Assembly: GCA_038845265.1 (NCBI GenBank)
Contig: JAWBQR010000015.1
Location: 1-21,736 of the forward strand
From: Nitrososphaerota archaeon
GTDB taxonomy: Archaea; Thermoproteota; Nitrososphaeria_A; Caldarchaeales; Calditenuaceae
DNA length: 21,736 bases
Reading direction: 5' to 3'
Within the stretch, counting starts at the first letter, position 1. Every line of letters starts with the position of its first letter. Below are positions 8,479 through 17,008 of the stretch, in pieces. The notes beneath the pieces are model-generated. The model saw only the letters and a program-made list of their open reading frames with translations. It was not told where the DNA came from and searched no databases. The position numbers were made by a program, and so were the translations under genes.

Positions 8479-8498
8479 TTTATTTAGGTGGAGATAAT

Positions 8499-8783
8499 TT
8501 GATTAGGCGTGATGGAGTTATAGTTTGGTTATCATATTTTGATAGAGGTTTATCTCGAAGTGAAGGGCGACGTGTGCCTATCAATAAGGCTATTAAGTCG
8601 CCAACCAAGGAACAGCTATTAAAGGCTGCTGAAAGACTAGGATGGAAAGCTGAGCCATTAGAGCTTAGCCATCCTTCATATTGGTGGAAAAAATCATCAG
8701 CTATTAGAGTTTATCCTAACAAGCGCGTGAAGAAAGAAATTCTACTGAGACTATTAGCTGATGAGGTTGTAAAGTTAAAGTGA
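8499..8783 (+). CDS. srp19: Signal recognition particle 19 kDa protein
   Basis: Motifs VWLSYFD..LSRSEGRRVP, AIKSP and HPSYWW; TTG start with a GGTGGAG SD; the usual position after rps8e. Confidence 0.92.
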   Translation: MIRRDGVIVWLSYFDRGLSRSEGRRVPINKAIKSPTKEQLLKAAERLGWKAEPLELSHPSYWWKKSSAIRVYPNKRVKKEILLRLLADEVVKLK

Positions 8784-9079
8784 AACCAGGAAGGAGAAAG
8801 GATGTCGAGCATCGACGTATAAGCGAAAAGGTATTGTTGCTCGGTACTTACTTTAAGAAAGTTGGTCATGAGTTATTGATATTGGGAAAAAATTTGCCAG
8901 ATCTAGGGGATAGAGTTTATGATGAAAAGCTAAGAGAAGTGGGATATGTGTCAAATGTATTTGGTCGTGTTGAAAACTATTTCATAATTGTTAGAAATTT
9001 AACGAATAGAGAGTTTCGAGAAGGGGATGTGTTTTATTTAATAAGGAGAGAAAAACAAGCATCTCAGAGTAGAAAATAA
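8780..9079 (+). CDS. gar1: Gar1/Naf1-family H/ACA RNP protein
   Basis: The pattern P.LGDRVYD.KL.EVG.VSNVFGRV..YF matches archaeal Gar1, and the rps8e-srp19-gar1 order is typical. GTGA overlap with srp19; a later TTG start at 8834 or 8837 is possible. Confidence 0.75.
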   Translation: MKPGRRKDVEHRRISEKVLLLGTYFKKVGHELLILGKNLPDLGDRVYDEKLREVGYVSNVFGRVENYFIIVRNLTNREFREGDVFYLIRREKQASQSRK

Positions 9080-9125
9080 TTGTTCAAAATTATTTGTCTT
9101 ATACCTACTTCTTATTTGTATGTTC

Positions 9126-9140
9126 GGAAAAGTTTTATTA
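9126..9140 (+). promoter_or_regulatory. BRE + TATA candidate for the coxD-coxE-moeA unit
   Basis: GGAAAAG-TTTTATTA, followed by an SD-like AGGGTG (9165-9170) before the GTG at 9181. Confidence 0.5.
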
Positions 9141-9180
9141 ATGATGTAGGAGTAAGTATCTACAAGGGTGTGTCTGATAA

Positions 9181-10083
9181 GTGTGTGCTGACTCTTTACT
9201 TGATTCACTAAATATTGATATACTCATGAAAAAGTTGGAGGAAGAATTGTATGTAGCTGATCGAGAGATAGCGACTGCATTATTCTTAGCAATCAAGATG
9301 AGGAAGCCGCTCCTAATTGAAGGAGAGCCAGGCTGTGGCAAGACTGAGATAGCCAAAGTTTTGGCAAAAATTTTAGGTACAGAGTTAATCAGGCTGCAGT
9401 GCTACGAAGGGCTCGAAGTATCTGATGCGATTTACGAGTGGAACTACCCACGACAGTTACTATACATAAAGATGGTTGAGAATAGAAAAGAACCGAAAGA
9501 TGTCGAGGAAGAGATTTTTAGTGAAAAATATCTCTTAAAGCGTCCCCTCCTTAAAGCGCTCCTGAGCGATTGTGAGGTCCCTCCTGTGTTATTGATAGAT
9601 GAGGTTGATAGGGCCGACGAAGAATTTGAGGGATTTCTGCTAGAATTTTTGGCAGAGTATCAAATAACTATTCCTGAGATAGGAACGATCAAGGCAAAAA
9701 ATCAGCCGATTGTAATTCTTACGTCTAATAGGACTAGAGAGATTGGTGACGGCTTAAAGAGACGGTGTTTATATCTTTATATCTCCTATCCATCTATGGA
9801 GAAGGAACTTAAAATATTGAAAATGAAAGTTAAATCTATCGATGACTCAGTCGCTGAAAAGATTGTAAGTTTTGTGAACTTGATCAGACAGAGAAACGAT
9901 ATTTTAAAGAAACCAGGCGTGGCCGAGACCCTTGATTGGGCGAAAGCGCTAACCGAGCTCGGTGCTAAAGAATTCAATAAAGAGATCGTTAAGTCAACAT
10001 TATTATGTATTATAAAGACACAGGAAGATATCTCAAGAATAGACGTAGAATCAATGCTGAACATGTTGTCGAGTGGTGCATAA
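9181..10083 (+). CDS. MoxR-family AAA+ ATPase, CoxD-like
   Basis: Walker A EGEPGCGKT, RLQCYEGL..SDAIYEWNY, Walker B LLIDEVDRADEEFE, TSNRTRE, LKRRC and KKPGVAETLDW; followed by a VWA partner. Confidence 0.92.
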   Translation: MCADSLLDSLNIDILMKKLEEELYVADREIATALFLAIKMRKPLLIEGEPGCGKTEIAKVLAKILGTELIRLQCYEGLEVSDAIYEWNYPRQLLYIKMVENRKEPKDVEEEIFSEKYLLKRPLLKALLSDCEVPPVLLIDEVDRADEEFEGFLLEFLAEYQITIPEIGTIKAKNQPIVILTSNRTREIGDGLKRRCLYLYISYPSMEKELKILKMKVKSIDDSVAEKIVSFVNLIRQRNDILKKPGVAETLDWAKALTELGAKEFNKEIVKSTLLCIIKTQEDISRIDVESMLNMLSSGA

Positions 10084-10086
10084 TAC

Positions 10087-11229
10087 TTGTACGATTTTAT
10101 TGTAGAGCTGTCAAATTTATTAAGAAAGAGTGGAGTAAGGGTAGGTGTCTCTGAATCATTAGACGCATGTCAAGCAGTTAATTTATTATCAAATTATGAT
10201 TATGAAACAATCATGACAGGAATAAAAATAACCATGATTAAGGATTACTCGAAATATTCTATTTTCGAAAAATTATTCAAAGAAATGCTTCAGGCACTGA
10301 TAACTGCGAATGGAAATATAGGAATGGGCAATATAAGTGGACAGATAATGAGTAAAACAGCTACATATGGTAATGCTGGACAAGCTGAGAATACTTCCTC
10401 ATCTGATAAAGCTGGTAAAAACACGATAATGTATAGCCCTGCTGAAGTACTGCACAAGAGAGAGGTTAAGCCAATCGATTTAACAAAGATAAAGACAGGA
10501 AAGAGAATTATGAAGCGTCTAAGGAGAAAATTTGCAATACTCCCAGGCCTGAGGTGGAAACCATCAAAGAAGGGAAACATTGATTTTGTGAGAACCTTTA
10601 GGTCAAGCCTTAACACTTTTGGAGAGATAATTAAGATAAAAAAATCAGAGAGAATAAAAACAAGAGTCCATTTAGTGGCATTTCTCGATATAAGTGGGTC
10701 TATGGATAGCTATAATGACTGGCTGGTAAGGGCAATGTATCTTTTTAGCAGATTTGACAAGAGGGCAGAAATATTTGTCTTCAGCACAAGATTGCTAAGA
10801 ATAACTGATTTATTAATGACTTCTTCGCTCGACGAGATTCGCAGAAGATTGTCTCAGTACATAGATCTATGGGGAAGTGGCACCAGAATTGGATATTCAT
10901 TAAAGACATTTCTGGATAATTATGGATCAATGATTGGCAAGAATTGGATCGCGATAATAGTAAGTGATGGATGGGATACAGGCGATATAGATTTATTAAG
11001 AATTGGAATGGAAAACCTACGGATGAGAGTTTCAAAGATAATATGGCTTAATCCTCATGCGGATAGGCTCAACTTTAGGCCACTAACTATTGGTATGCTC
11101 ACAGCTTTGCCATACATAGATGTATTGGCTGGTACAAGTGTAATTGAGGATTATAGAGCATTCTTGAAGTTCTTTGGAACATATATAAAACCTGATAAGT
11201 ATAGATCTTCACGTATGAGATATGCGTAA
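10087..11229 (+). CDS. CoxE-like VWA-domain protein
   Basis: MIDAS motif DISGSM, FVFSTRL, WGSGTRIG, SDGWDTGD and IIWLNP. TTG start 3 nt after the AAA+ stop. Confidence 0.9.
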   Translation: MYDFIVELSNLLRKSGVRVGVSESLDACQAVNLLSNYDYETIMTGIKITMIKDYSKYSIFEKLFKEMLQALITANGNIGMGNISGQIMSKTATYGNAGQAENTSSSDKAGKNTIMYSPAEVLHKREVKPIDLTKIKTGKRIMKRLRRKFAILPGLRWKPSKKGNIDFVRTFRSSLNTFGEIIKIKKSERIKTRVHLVAFLDISGSMDSYNDWLVRAMYLFSRFDKRAEIFVFSTRLLRITDLLMTSSLDEIRRRLSQYIDLWGSGTRIGYSLKTFLDNYGSMIGKNWIAIIVSDGWDTGDIDLLRIGMENLRMRVSKIIWLNPHADRLNFRPLTIGMLTALPYIDVLAGTSVIEDYRAFLKFFGTYIKPDKYRSSRMRYA

Positions 11230-12481
11230 TAAAGGAATCACTTCTTTTATGGAGATCTCTGACGCCGTTAATCTATTAATAAACAATGCATTAACTATTT
11301 CAAGAATAGTTAAAGGAAGACCATTCAGCTTGATCGGTAGACCACTCGCTAATGCAATCACTTCTCCTGTCGATAGGCCTCCTCTCGATATGTCTCATGT
11401 CGATGGCTTCTCGATAAGGTCTATCGACTCTATTCATGCTTCCAAAGAAAACCCTGTCAGACTCAGGATTGAAGGATGTATTAAGCCATCACAAAACTTT
11501 AAACCAATCGAGCCGGGCAAAGCGGTAAAGATCTATACAGGTGGTTATCTGCCACCCGGTGCGGACACAGTTGCACCCATAGAGGAAGTGGAGGTAGAAG
11601 GGAATGATTTACTAATTTTTAGAAGTTATCACCCATATGAAAATGTAGATAGAAAGGGAAGCGATGTGAAAAAGGGTGACATATTATCTTATGAGAACGA
11701 GATTTTAACTTCAACCAAAGCAGCATTGTTTGAAGCACTAGGCATATATGAAGTTAGTGTCATAGATAGACCAGTAGCTGGATTACTCACATTCGGAGAT
11801 GAATTAACAGATGTTCCCGAGGAGGCTAAGAGTGGAAAGACTCTAAATTTTTTATCACCACTCATAGAGCAGATGCTCAACAATCTTGGATGTAATGTCA
11901 AATACTATGGAATAGTGCCTGACGATGTTGAATTAGCGAAGAGAAGAATAATGGAGGCGCTTGAGGAGTGCGATTTAGTATTGACTATAGGTGGGTCAAG
12001 CGTGAGCGAGATAGACGTCGCCTCGTTAGCATTAAAGGAAATCTCAGAAATCTTCGTTAAAGGTCTAAAATTACAACCAGGAAGAGTGGGAGGCTTTGCA
12101 ATTATGAACCGAAAACCAGTCTTTACGCTTCCCGGACTAATCCATTCGACAGTAAATGTCTTTAACTACATAGTTGCTCCATTAATATGTTATATTCAAA
12201 AAATAAATTATCAATCCCTGATCGAGAAACTTGAGGCAAAGTTAAGTCAAGACCTAACATTAAGAAAGTGGATAAGTTTTAGAAGAGTTGTATGGGTGAA
12301 GCTAAGAGCTATGGGAGACGAATTCATGGCCGTGCCTCGGCATGGCCAATCTTCACTAATATCTCTTATTGGGCTCTCAGATGGATATATCGAAGTCCCG
12401 CCGTCCATAGAATGTCTTAAAGCGCAGAGTAAAGTAATGGTTTATAGACCTGCTTGGATGGACCCAAGAATTCTTAAGTAG
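11222..12481 (+). CDS. moeA: Molybdopterin molybdenumtransferase MoeA-like protein (divergent)
   Basis: Motifs PPLDMSHVDGFS, IYTGGYLPPGADTVAPIE, GSDVKKGD, GDEL, GIVPDD, TIGGSSV and LPG. Overlaps the VWA gene by 8 nt. Confidence 0.88.
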   Translation: MRNKGITSFMEISDAVNLLINNALTISRIVKGRPFSLIGRPLANAITSPVDRPPLDMSHVDGFSIRSIDSIHASKENPVRLRIEGCIKPSQNFKPIEPGKAVKIYTGGYLPPGADTVAPIEEVEVEGNDLLIFRSYHPYENVDRKGSDVKKGDILSYENEILTSTKAALFEALGIYEVSVIDRPVAGLLTFGDELTDVPEEAKSGKTLNFLSPLIEQMLNNLGCNVKYYGIVPDDVELAKRRIMEALEECDLVLTIGGSSVSEIDVASLALKEISEIFVKGLKLQPGRVGGFAIMNRKPVFTLPGLIHSTVNVFNYIVAPLICYIQKINYQSLIEKLEAKLSQDLTLRKWISFRRVVWVKLRAMGDEFMAVPRHGQSSLISLIGLSDGYIEVPPSIECLKAQSKVMVYRPAWMDPRILK

Positions 12482-12538
12482 TCATTTTCACTAAACCCTG
12501 ATAATTTAATTATTTACCACTTTGATATTCAACATAGA

Positions 12539-13699
12539 TTGAGAATCTTTAAAAATGAGGAGAAGCTTTCGCCTGAATATGTACCGTCGAGACTCCCCCA
12601 TCGAGAAGAAGAACTAAACCTACTCATTACTTTCTTCTCGACCCATATTTATGGCAAGAAAGGATATAGCGTCAGAGTACTAATAACAGGGCCCGTCGGA
12701 GCCGGAAAGACTGCGCTTAGCAAATTATTTGGAGCGAAGGCTGAAGAAATAGCGTCACATGCTGGAGTAAACCTGAGATATATTCACATTAACTGCAAGA
12801 TACATACAACTCTCTTCTCTCTTCTTAAACGAGTTGTAGATGCTTTAAGATCACCTATTCCTGGAAGGGGATTATCAAATGAGGAGCTTCTCCACAGCTT
12901 GATGAATTATTTAGAGAATAAACGTCAGACCTTAATTCTAGGACTTGACGAAGTGGACGGACTAATTCGAGAAGAGCCAGAGGCACTATACTTGTTAAGC
13001 AGAATATCAGAAGAGAGAGACGCAGTACCTAGATTATCACTCCTCATGATTAGTAGGAATGTCGAGGTACTGAATATTCTTGATGAGAGCACTAGAAATT
13101 TGCTTCAAAATAATGTATTGTATCTATCAGAATATAATGCTGACCAGTTAAGAGACATTATTGAATATAGATGTTCTGAAGCATTTATTGAAGGAGTAGT
13201 GACGCCTGAGGTTCTCAGCTTGATAGTAGATATGGCCGCCGAGAGGGGTGATGCAAGGTATGCGATTGAAGTATTATGGAGAGCCGGCAAATTTGCTGAG
13301 AACGAAGGTGTCGATAAGGTATCTCCTGAACATGTTAGGAAGGCCGCTGCAAGTGTTTATCCAGCCATAAAGAGGGAGAATCTCGCTCACATTTCTCATC
13401 ATGAGCGATTAATTCTTCTGGCAACTACTAGACTGCTGATGAATGGCGCGAAGTCTCACATCACATCGTCTGAACTATACTCGACTTATAAGGTTGCATG
13501 TGAAGAATATAGCACGTTTCCTAGAGGCTACACTAGGTTCTGGGAATACCTTCAAAGACTCGAAGATATAGGATTCATCAGAATAAGGGTCTTAAGCGAA
13601 GGAATAAGGGGAAGGAGAAGCTACATCACACTACCAGAAATCCCTGCATCAATACTTAACAGAGAATTAAAAGCACTACTAGAAAAAAGAAAAGAATAA
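12539..13699 (+). CDS. cdc6: Cdc6/Orc1 replication initiator AAA+ ATPase
   Basis: Motifs IFKNEEKLSPEYVP.RLPHRE, Walker A GPVGAGKT, INC, Walker B LDEVD, sensor-2 GDARYAI, and a C-terminal winged helix (LEDIGFI...GIRGRR). TTG start 26 nt after TTTAATTA (12505-12512). Confidence 0.95.
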   Translation: MRIFKNEEKLSPEYVPSRLPHREEELNLLITFFSTHIYGKKGYSVRVLITGPVGAGKTALSKLFGAKAEEIASHAGVNLRYIHINCKIHTTLFSLLKRVVDALRSPIPGRGLSNEELLHSLMNYLENKRQTLILGLDEVDGLIREEPEALYLLSRISEERDAVPRLSLLMISRNVEVLNILDESTRNLLQNNVLYLSEYNADQLRDIIEYRCSEAFIEGVVTPEVLSLIVDMAAERGDARYAIEVLWRAGKFAENEGVDKVSPEHVRKAAASVYPAIKRENLAHISHHERLILLATTRLLMNGAKSHITSSELYSTYKVACEEYSTFPRGYTRFWEYLQRLEDIGFIRIRVLSEGIRGRRSYITLPEIPASILNRELKALLEKRKE

Positions 13700-13743
13700 G
13701 TTTATTAATAATTAATCAATTAATTAACCCATTAATATAATAC

Positions 13744-13752
13744 TTATATATA
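13744..13752 (+). promoter_or_regulatory. TATA box candidate for the ABC transporter operon
   Basis: TTATATATA about 28 nt upstream of ATG 13781, preceded by a very AT-rich tract. Confidence 0.55.
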
Positions 13753-13780
13753 GGAAAACATTTAGTACACCTGAAGAAGC

Positions 13781-15145
13781 ATGTCAGCTTCAGAGATTAA
13801 ATTTTCTAGACGTGAAGCCCTCAGCACTGGTGCTAAAGTAGCCATAGGTGTGGTGGGCGCCGCTATAGTTGGTGGCGTAGCTTATGCACTTTATCAACAA
13901 GCGGCTGTGCCTCAAAAAGTAAAACTTGAATTTACTGTGTGGAACTATTCAGTAGAGACGATACGTGACAATATTCAGAAGTTTATGCAACAATATCCAA
14001 ACATAGAAGTCGTACTTTACGACTTTAATTGGCCTGACTATCCATCGACGATGGTCCAGAGATTTACTACCAAGACCCCAACTGACGTATGTTATAATGG
14101 TGAAGACTGGCTAGCCCAATGGGCGGAAGCAGGATGGGTAGTCCCTCTACAAGATTATTGGGACAAATACACTGTGAAGAAGAAATTTAACGAATATGTA
14201 AACGACATGGTGCCCTTTGCAAGAGAATCAATGACTTACAAGGGAAAAATCTATGGATTACCCTACTATTCAGATATGTTTACATTCATGTACAATGATA
14301 AAATACTAAAAGATAATGGTATAGAAGTTCCTCAGACATGGGAGGATGTACTAGATGCATCTTTAAAACTAAAAGAAAAGGGGATAAAGTATCCTTACGT
14401 GCTACAGTATCAGGCAACTAATCCATTTGACTTCTATGCAGTATTCTCTGGAGCAATGGGAAGGGGAGCAAGGTTATTTGACGAAGACCTTAACCCGATA
14501 TTTGCATCAGAAGACCATCCATTCTACGAGCACTTGCAATGGATAGTAGACGGAATCCACAAATATAAGATCGTCAATCCTGATTACCTTGCTACACATG
14601 AAACTGATGCCGCGAAAAAGATGGGCGCAGGAGAAGGCGCATTTACGGTTCTTGCCAAATATATGCTGGCAGCCATGAACGCACCCGGATCTTCACCAAA
14701 TGCAGGAAACTTTAGGCTGGCCCTAATGCCTGGAAAGACACATGAAGCATATGGCTTTGCAAAGATGTATAACATAACCCGTATGTGTGTTGACAGAGGT
14801 GACGCTGCTATTCAAGCTGCAATAACATTCATAGAATATTTCGGCGCCAATGATAGCCCTGTTCTAAAAAGATGGGCCGTAGAAAAAGGACTAGGATTCG
14901 GTTTCTTATCGCCCTACAGCGATCCCGATATCGCTAAGTCACTAGTCGAATATTATGGTCCAGGAGCAGATAAATCAATAAAGGAACAGGCATCGATTGC
15001 TAAGACCATACCACATCCCGTTTGGTTCGGCCAATGGGTAGACTATAGCATTAAAGAAGCTATCGCAAAGGCGTTTGCGAATGAAATTACTGTGAAAGAA
15101 GCAGTAGACAGAATGGCTAAACGCGCAAAAGAACTCAGGGGATAA
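13781..15145 (+). CDS. Carbohydrate ABC transporter substrate-binding protein (family 1) with a twin-arginine signal/anchor
   Basis: SRREAL followed by a hydrophobic helix; family-1 features F.QQYPNIEV, GKIYGLPYY, FMYN.KIL and PQTWED; lies upstream of two permeases. Confidence 0.9.
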   Translation: MSASEIKFSRREALSTGAKVAIGVVGAAIVGGVAYALYQQAAVPQKVKLEFTVWNYSVETIRDNIQKFMQQYPNIEVVLYDFNWPDYPSTMVQRFTTKTPTDVCYNGEDWLAQWAEAGWVVPLQDYWDKYTVKKKFNEYVNDMVPFARESMTYKGKIYGLPYYSDMFTFMYNDKILKDNGIEVPQTWEDVLDASLKLKEKGIKYPYVLQYQATNPFDFYAVFSGAMGRGARLFDEDLNPIFASEDHPFYEHLQWIVDGIHKYKIVNPDYLATHETDAAKKMGAGEGAFTVLAKYMLAAMNAPGSSPNAGNFRLALMPGKTHEAYGFAKMYNITRMCVDRGDAAIQAAITFIEYFGANDSPVLKRWAVEKGLGFGFLSPYSDPDIAKSLVEYYGPGADKSIKEQASIAKTIPHPVWFGQWVDYSIKEAIAKAFANEITVKEAVDRMAKRAKELRG

Positions 15146-15151
15146 CAAAAA

Positions 15152-15180
15152 TTTTATTTATTTTTGGTACTTCTTTTTAT
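15152..15180 (+). terminator. T-rich intra-operon terminator/attenuator candidate
   Basis: TTTTATTTATTTTTGGTACTTCTTTTTAT directly after the binding-protein stop, a plausible way to make excess binding protein. Confidence 0.45.
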
Positions 15181-15194
15181 GATGGGTGGTTGGA

Positions 15195-16103
15195 ATGGTT
15201 ATTAATACAAAAAGAACTAAAGTGAAAGAACCATCCCCGTATATTTTCATACTTCCCACATTAGTAATCGTCGGCTTCTTCACACTTTATCCCTTCTTTC
15301 ATGCAATATCAATGAGCCTAGTTAAGTATGTCATATATGAGCCAAAGACAATCGGAACCTTCATAGCTCTTAAAAATTACGAGGAAATAATCAATTCAAC
15401 ATATTTTAGCGAAGCGATAATTAATACCTTGATATTTACGACAGTTTCGGTCATGATTATTGTCGGCGCGGCACTTGCAATAGCTCTTATTTTAAATCAA
15501 GGATTGAGGGGATCAAATATAGTTAGAGTTATAATGCTAATTCCATGGGCAATACCTCCTGCAGCTGCAGGACTTATTTGGCGATTCATGTTTCAAAGCT
15601 TTGGCTGGATTAATAAAGTGCTCGTCGACCTAGGTATCTGGAATGAGCCGTTTTATTTCTTGTCAGCTCCTAGAAGTGTTCAAATAATTTTTGCAGTGAT
15701 TGCTCAAATGTGGCAGCAATTACCATTCTGTGTTTTATTAATATTGGCAGTTTTGCAATTAGTTCCTAAAGATGTGATAGACTCATCCGAGTTGGATGGG
15801 GCTGTAGGCATCTCTAGGCTTAGACATGTTACACTCCCATATCTAAAATCGGCTCTTGCAGTAGTTGCTGCCTATCAGGCGATACTTGCATTAACTACTT
15901 ATGACATGGTTTACACATTTGCAGGTGGAACTTACGGATTAATCTCGTACTACGCATTCGCCGAGATGTTTCAATGGGGCAACTTTGGACACGGAGCAGC
16001 GCTAGCAGTAGTACTAGCCATCATGACGCTGCTCGTCATTTTGCTAATATTAAGAATTGTGCCGCCTGAAAAACTTTACAGATATTCCTTTACAGGTGAA
16101 TAA
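15195..16103 (+). CDS. Carbohydrate ABC transporter permease (MalF/UgpA-like)
   Basis: Several transmembrane helices, LIPWAIP, GWIN and an EAA-loop variant DVIDSSELDGA. ATG 15195 follows GGGTGGT; GTG 15186 is an alternative start. Confidence 0.92.
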   Translation: MVINTKRTKVKEPSPYIFILPTLVIVGFFTLYPFFHAISMSLVKYVIYEPKTIGTFIALKNYEEIINSTYFSEAIINTLIFTTVSVMIIVGAALAIALILNQGLRGSNIVRVIMLIPWAIPPAAAGLIWRFMFQSFGWINKVLVDLGIWNEPFYFLSAPRSVQIIFAVIAQMWQQLPFCVLLILAVLQLVPKDVIDSSELDGAVGISRLRHVTLPYLKSALAVVAAYQAILALTTYDMVYTFAGGTYGLISYYAFAEMFQWGNFGHGAALAVVLAIMTLLVILLILRIVPPEKLYRYSFTGE

Positions 16104-17008
16104 TGATGAGGATTAGATACTTGATAAGCTATATAGTCATTGCAGTTTTCCTACTTTATCTCTTTTTACCAATAGCCTTCTGCATAATCGGTAGCATTAT
16201 GCCAGAAACCGAGTTACGGTCACCCCCCGGCAGTAAGTTATGGTTTGCACGAGGCCCCACTACAGTTTATTACCAGTATGTCTTCTTAGCTCCTTTTGGA
16301 TTTGAATTCCCATCTCAGGACCCATATATACGTTATGAAATAAGATCACTTGTGATCCTAAACATAGCTTACTTTGGTAGAATTCTTCTCAACAGTGTAG
16401 TTGTTGCAAGCGCGGTGGCAGTGACGAACTTCTTCTTAGCGTCTCTAGCGGCCTTTGCTTTTACTAGGTTTAATTTTAAAGGAAGGACCAGTCTTTTCAC
16501 TTTTGTACTAATTAGCAGGTTATTGCCGCCAGTAGTCCTAGCTGTACCATACTATGTCCTTATGCAGATTCTTGGGCTGGTAAACAATTTAGCATCAATA
16601 ATACTCGTCCACATAGTATTGTCACTCCCATTCTCCATCTGGTATCTAGTTCTTTATTACCGCACAATCCCAATAGAAATAGAAGAAGCATCAAGAGTTG
16701 ATGGGGCATCATTATGGCAGACCATTCGGTACATCACAATGCCTGTTGCCGGGACTGGATTAATTGCCATAGCATTATTCTCATTTTTGACATCTTATAA
16801 CGAATTTCTTTTTGCTCACTTTCTGCTCGGACGTATTGACGTTCAAACAGTACCAGTATTCGTGGCTTCTATGGCCACCGCAACCGATGTATATTGGGCA
16901 ATGATGTATTCAATTCTTACATTAACAATGCTGCCGATGATAGCTGCAGTCCTACTTATTCTAAGGTTCATAAATATCTCACAACTTGCAGGCGCGATGA
17001 AGTTCTGA
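16103..17008 (+). CDS. Carbohydrate ABC transporter permease (MalG/UgpE-like)
   Basis: Motifs LLNSVVVA, AAFAFTRFNF.GR, the EAA loop IPIEIEEASRVDGAS and SYNEFLFA; TAATG overlap with the upstream permease. Confidence 0.93.
   Translation: MMRIRYLISYIVIAVFLLYLFLPIAFCIIGSIMPETELRSPPGSKLWFARGPTTVYYQYVFLAPFGFEFPSQDPYIRYEIRSLVILNIAYFGRILLNSVVVASAVAVTNFFLASLAAFAFTRFNFKGRTSLFTFVLISRLLPPVVLAVPYYVLMQILGLVNNLASIILVHIVLSLPFSIWYLVLYYRTIPIEIEEASRVDGASLWQTIRYITMPVAGTGLIAIALFSFLTSYNEFLFAHFLLGRIDVQTVPVFVASMATATDVYWAMMYSILTLTMLPMIAAVLLILRFINISQLAGAMKF

Noticed and set aside
9141-9191. ATGATGT...CTGA...CTGA, a possible C/D box sRNA
   Set aside because: The C box is imperfect, no C' box is present, and the stretch is better explained as the promoter, SD and start of the AAA+ gene.
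12482-13780. Replication origin beside cdc6
   Set aside because: Both flanking gaps are short (57 and 81 nt) and contain no ORB or mini-ORB (TTCCA..GGAA-like or G-string) repeats; only AT richness supports it.
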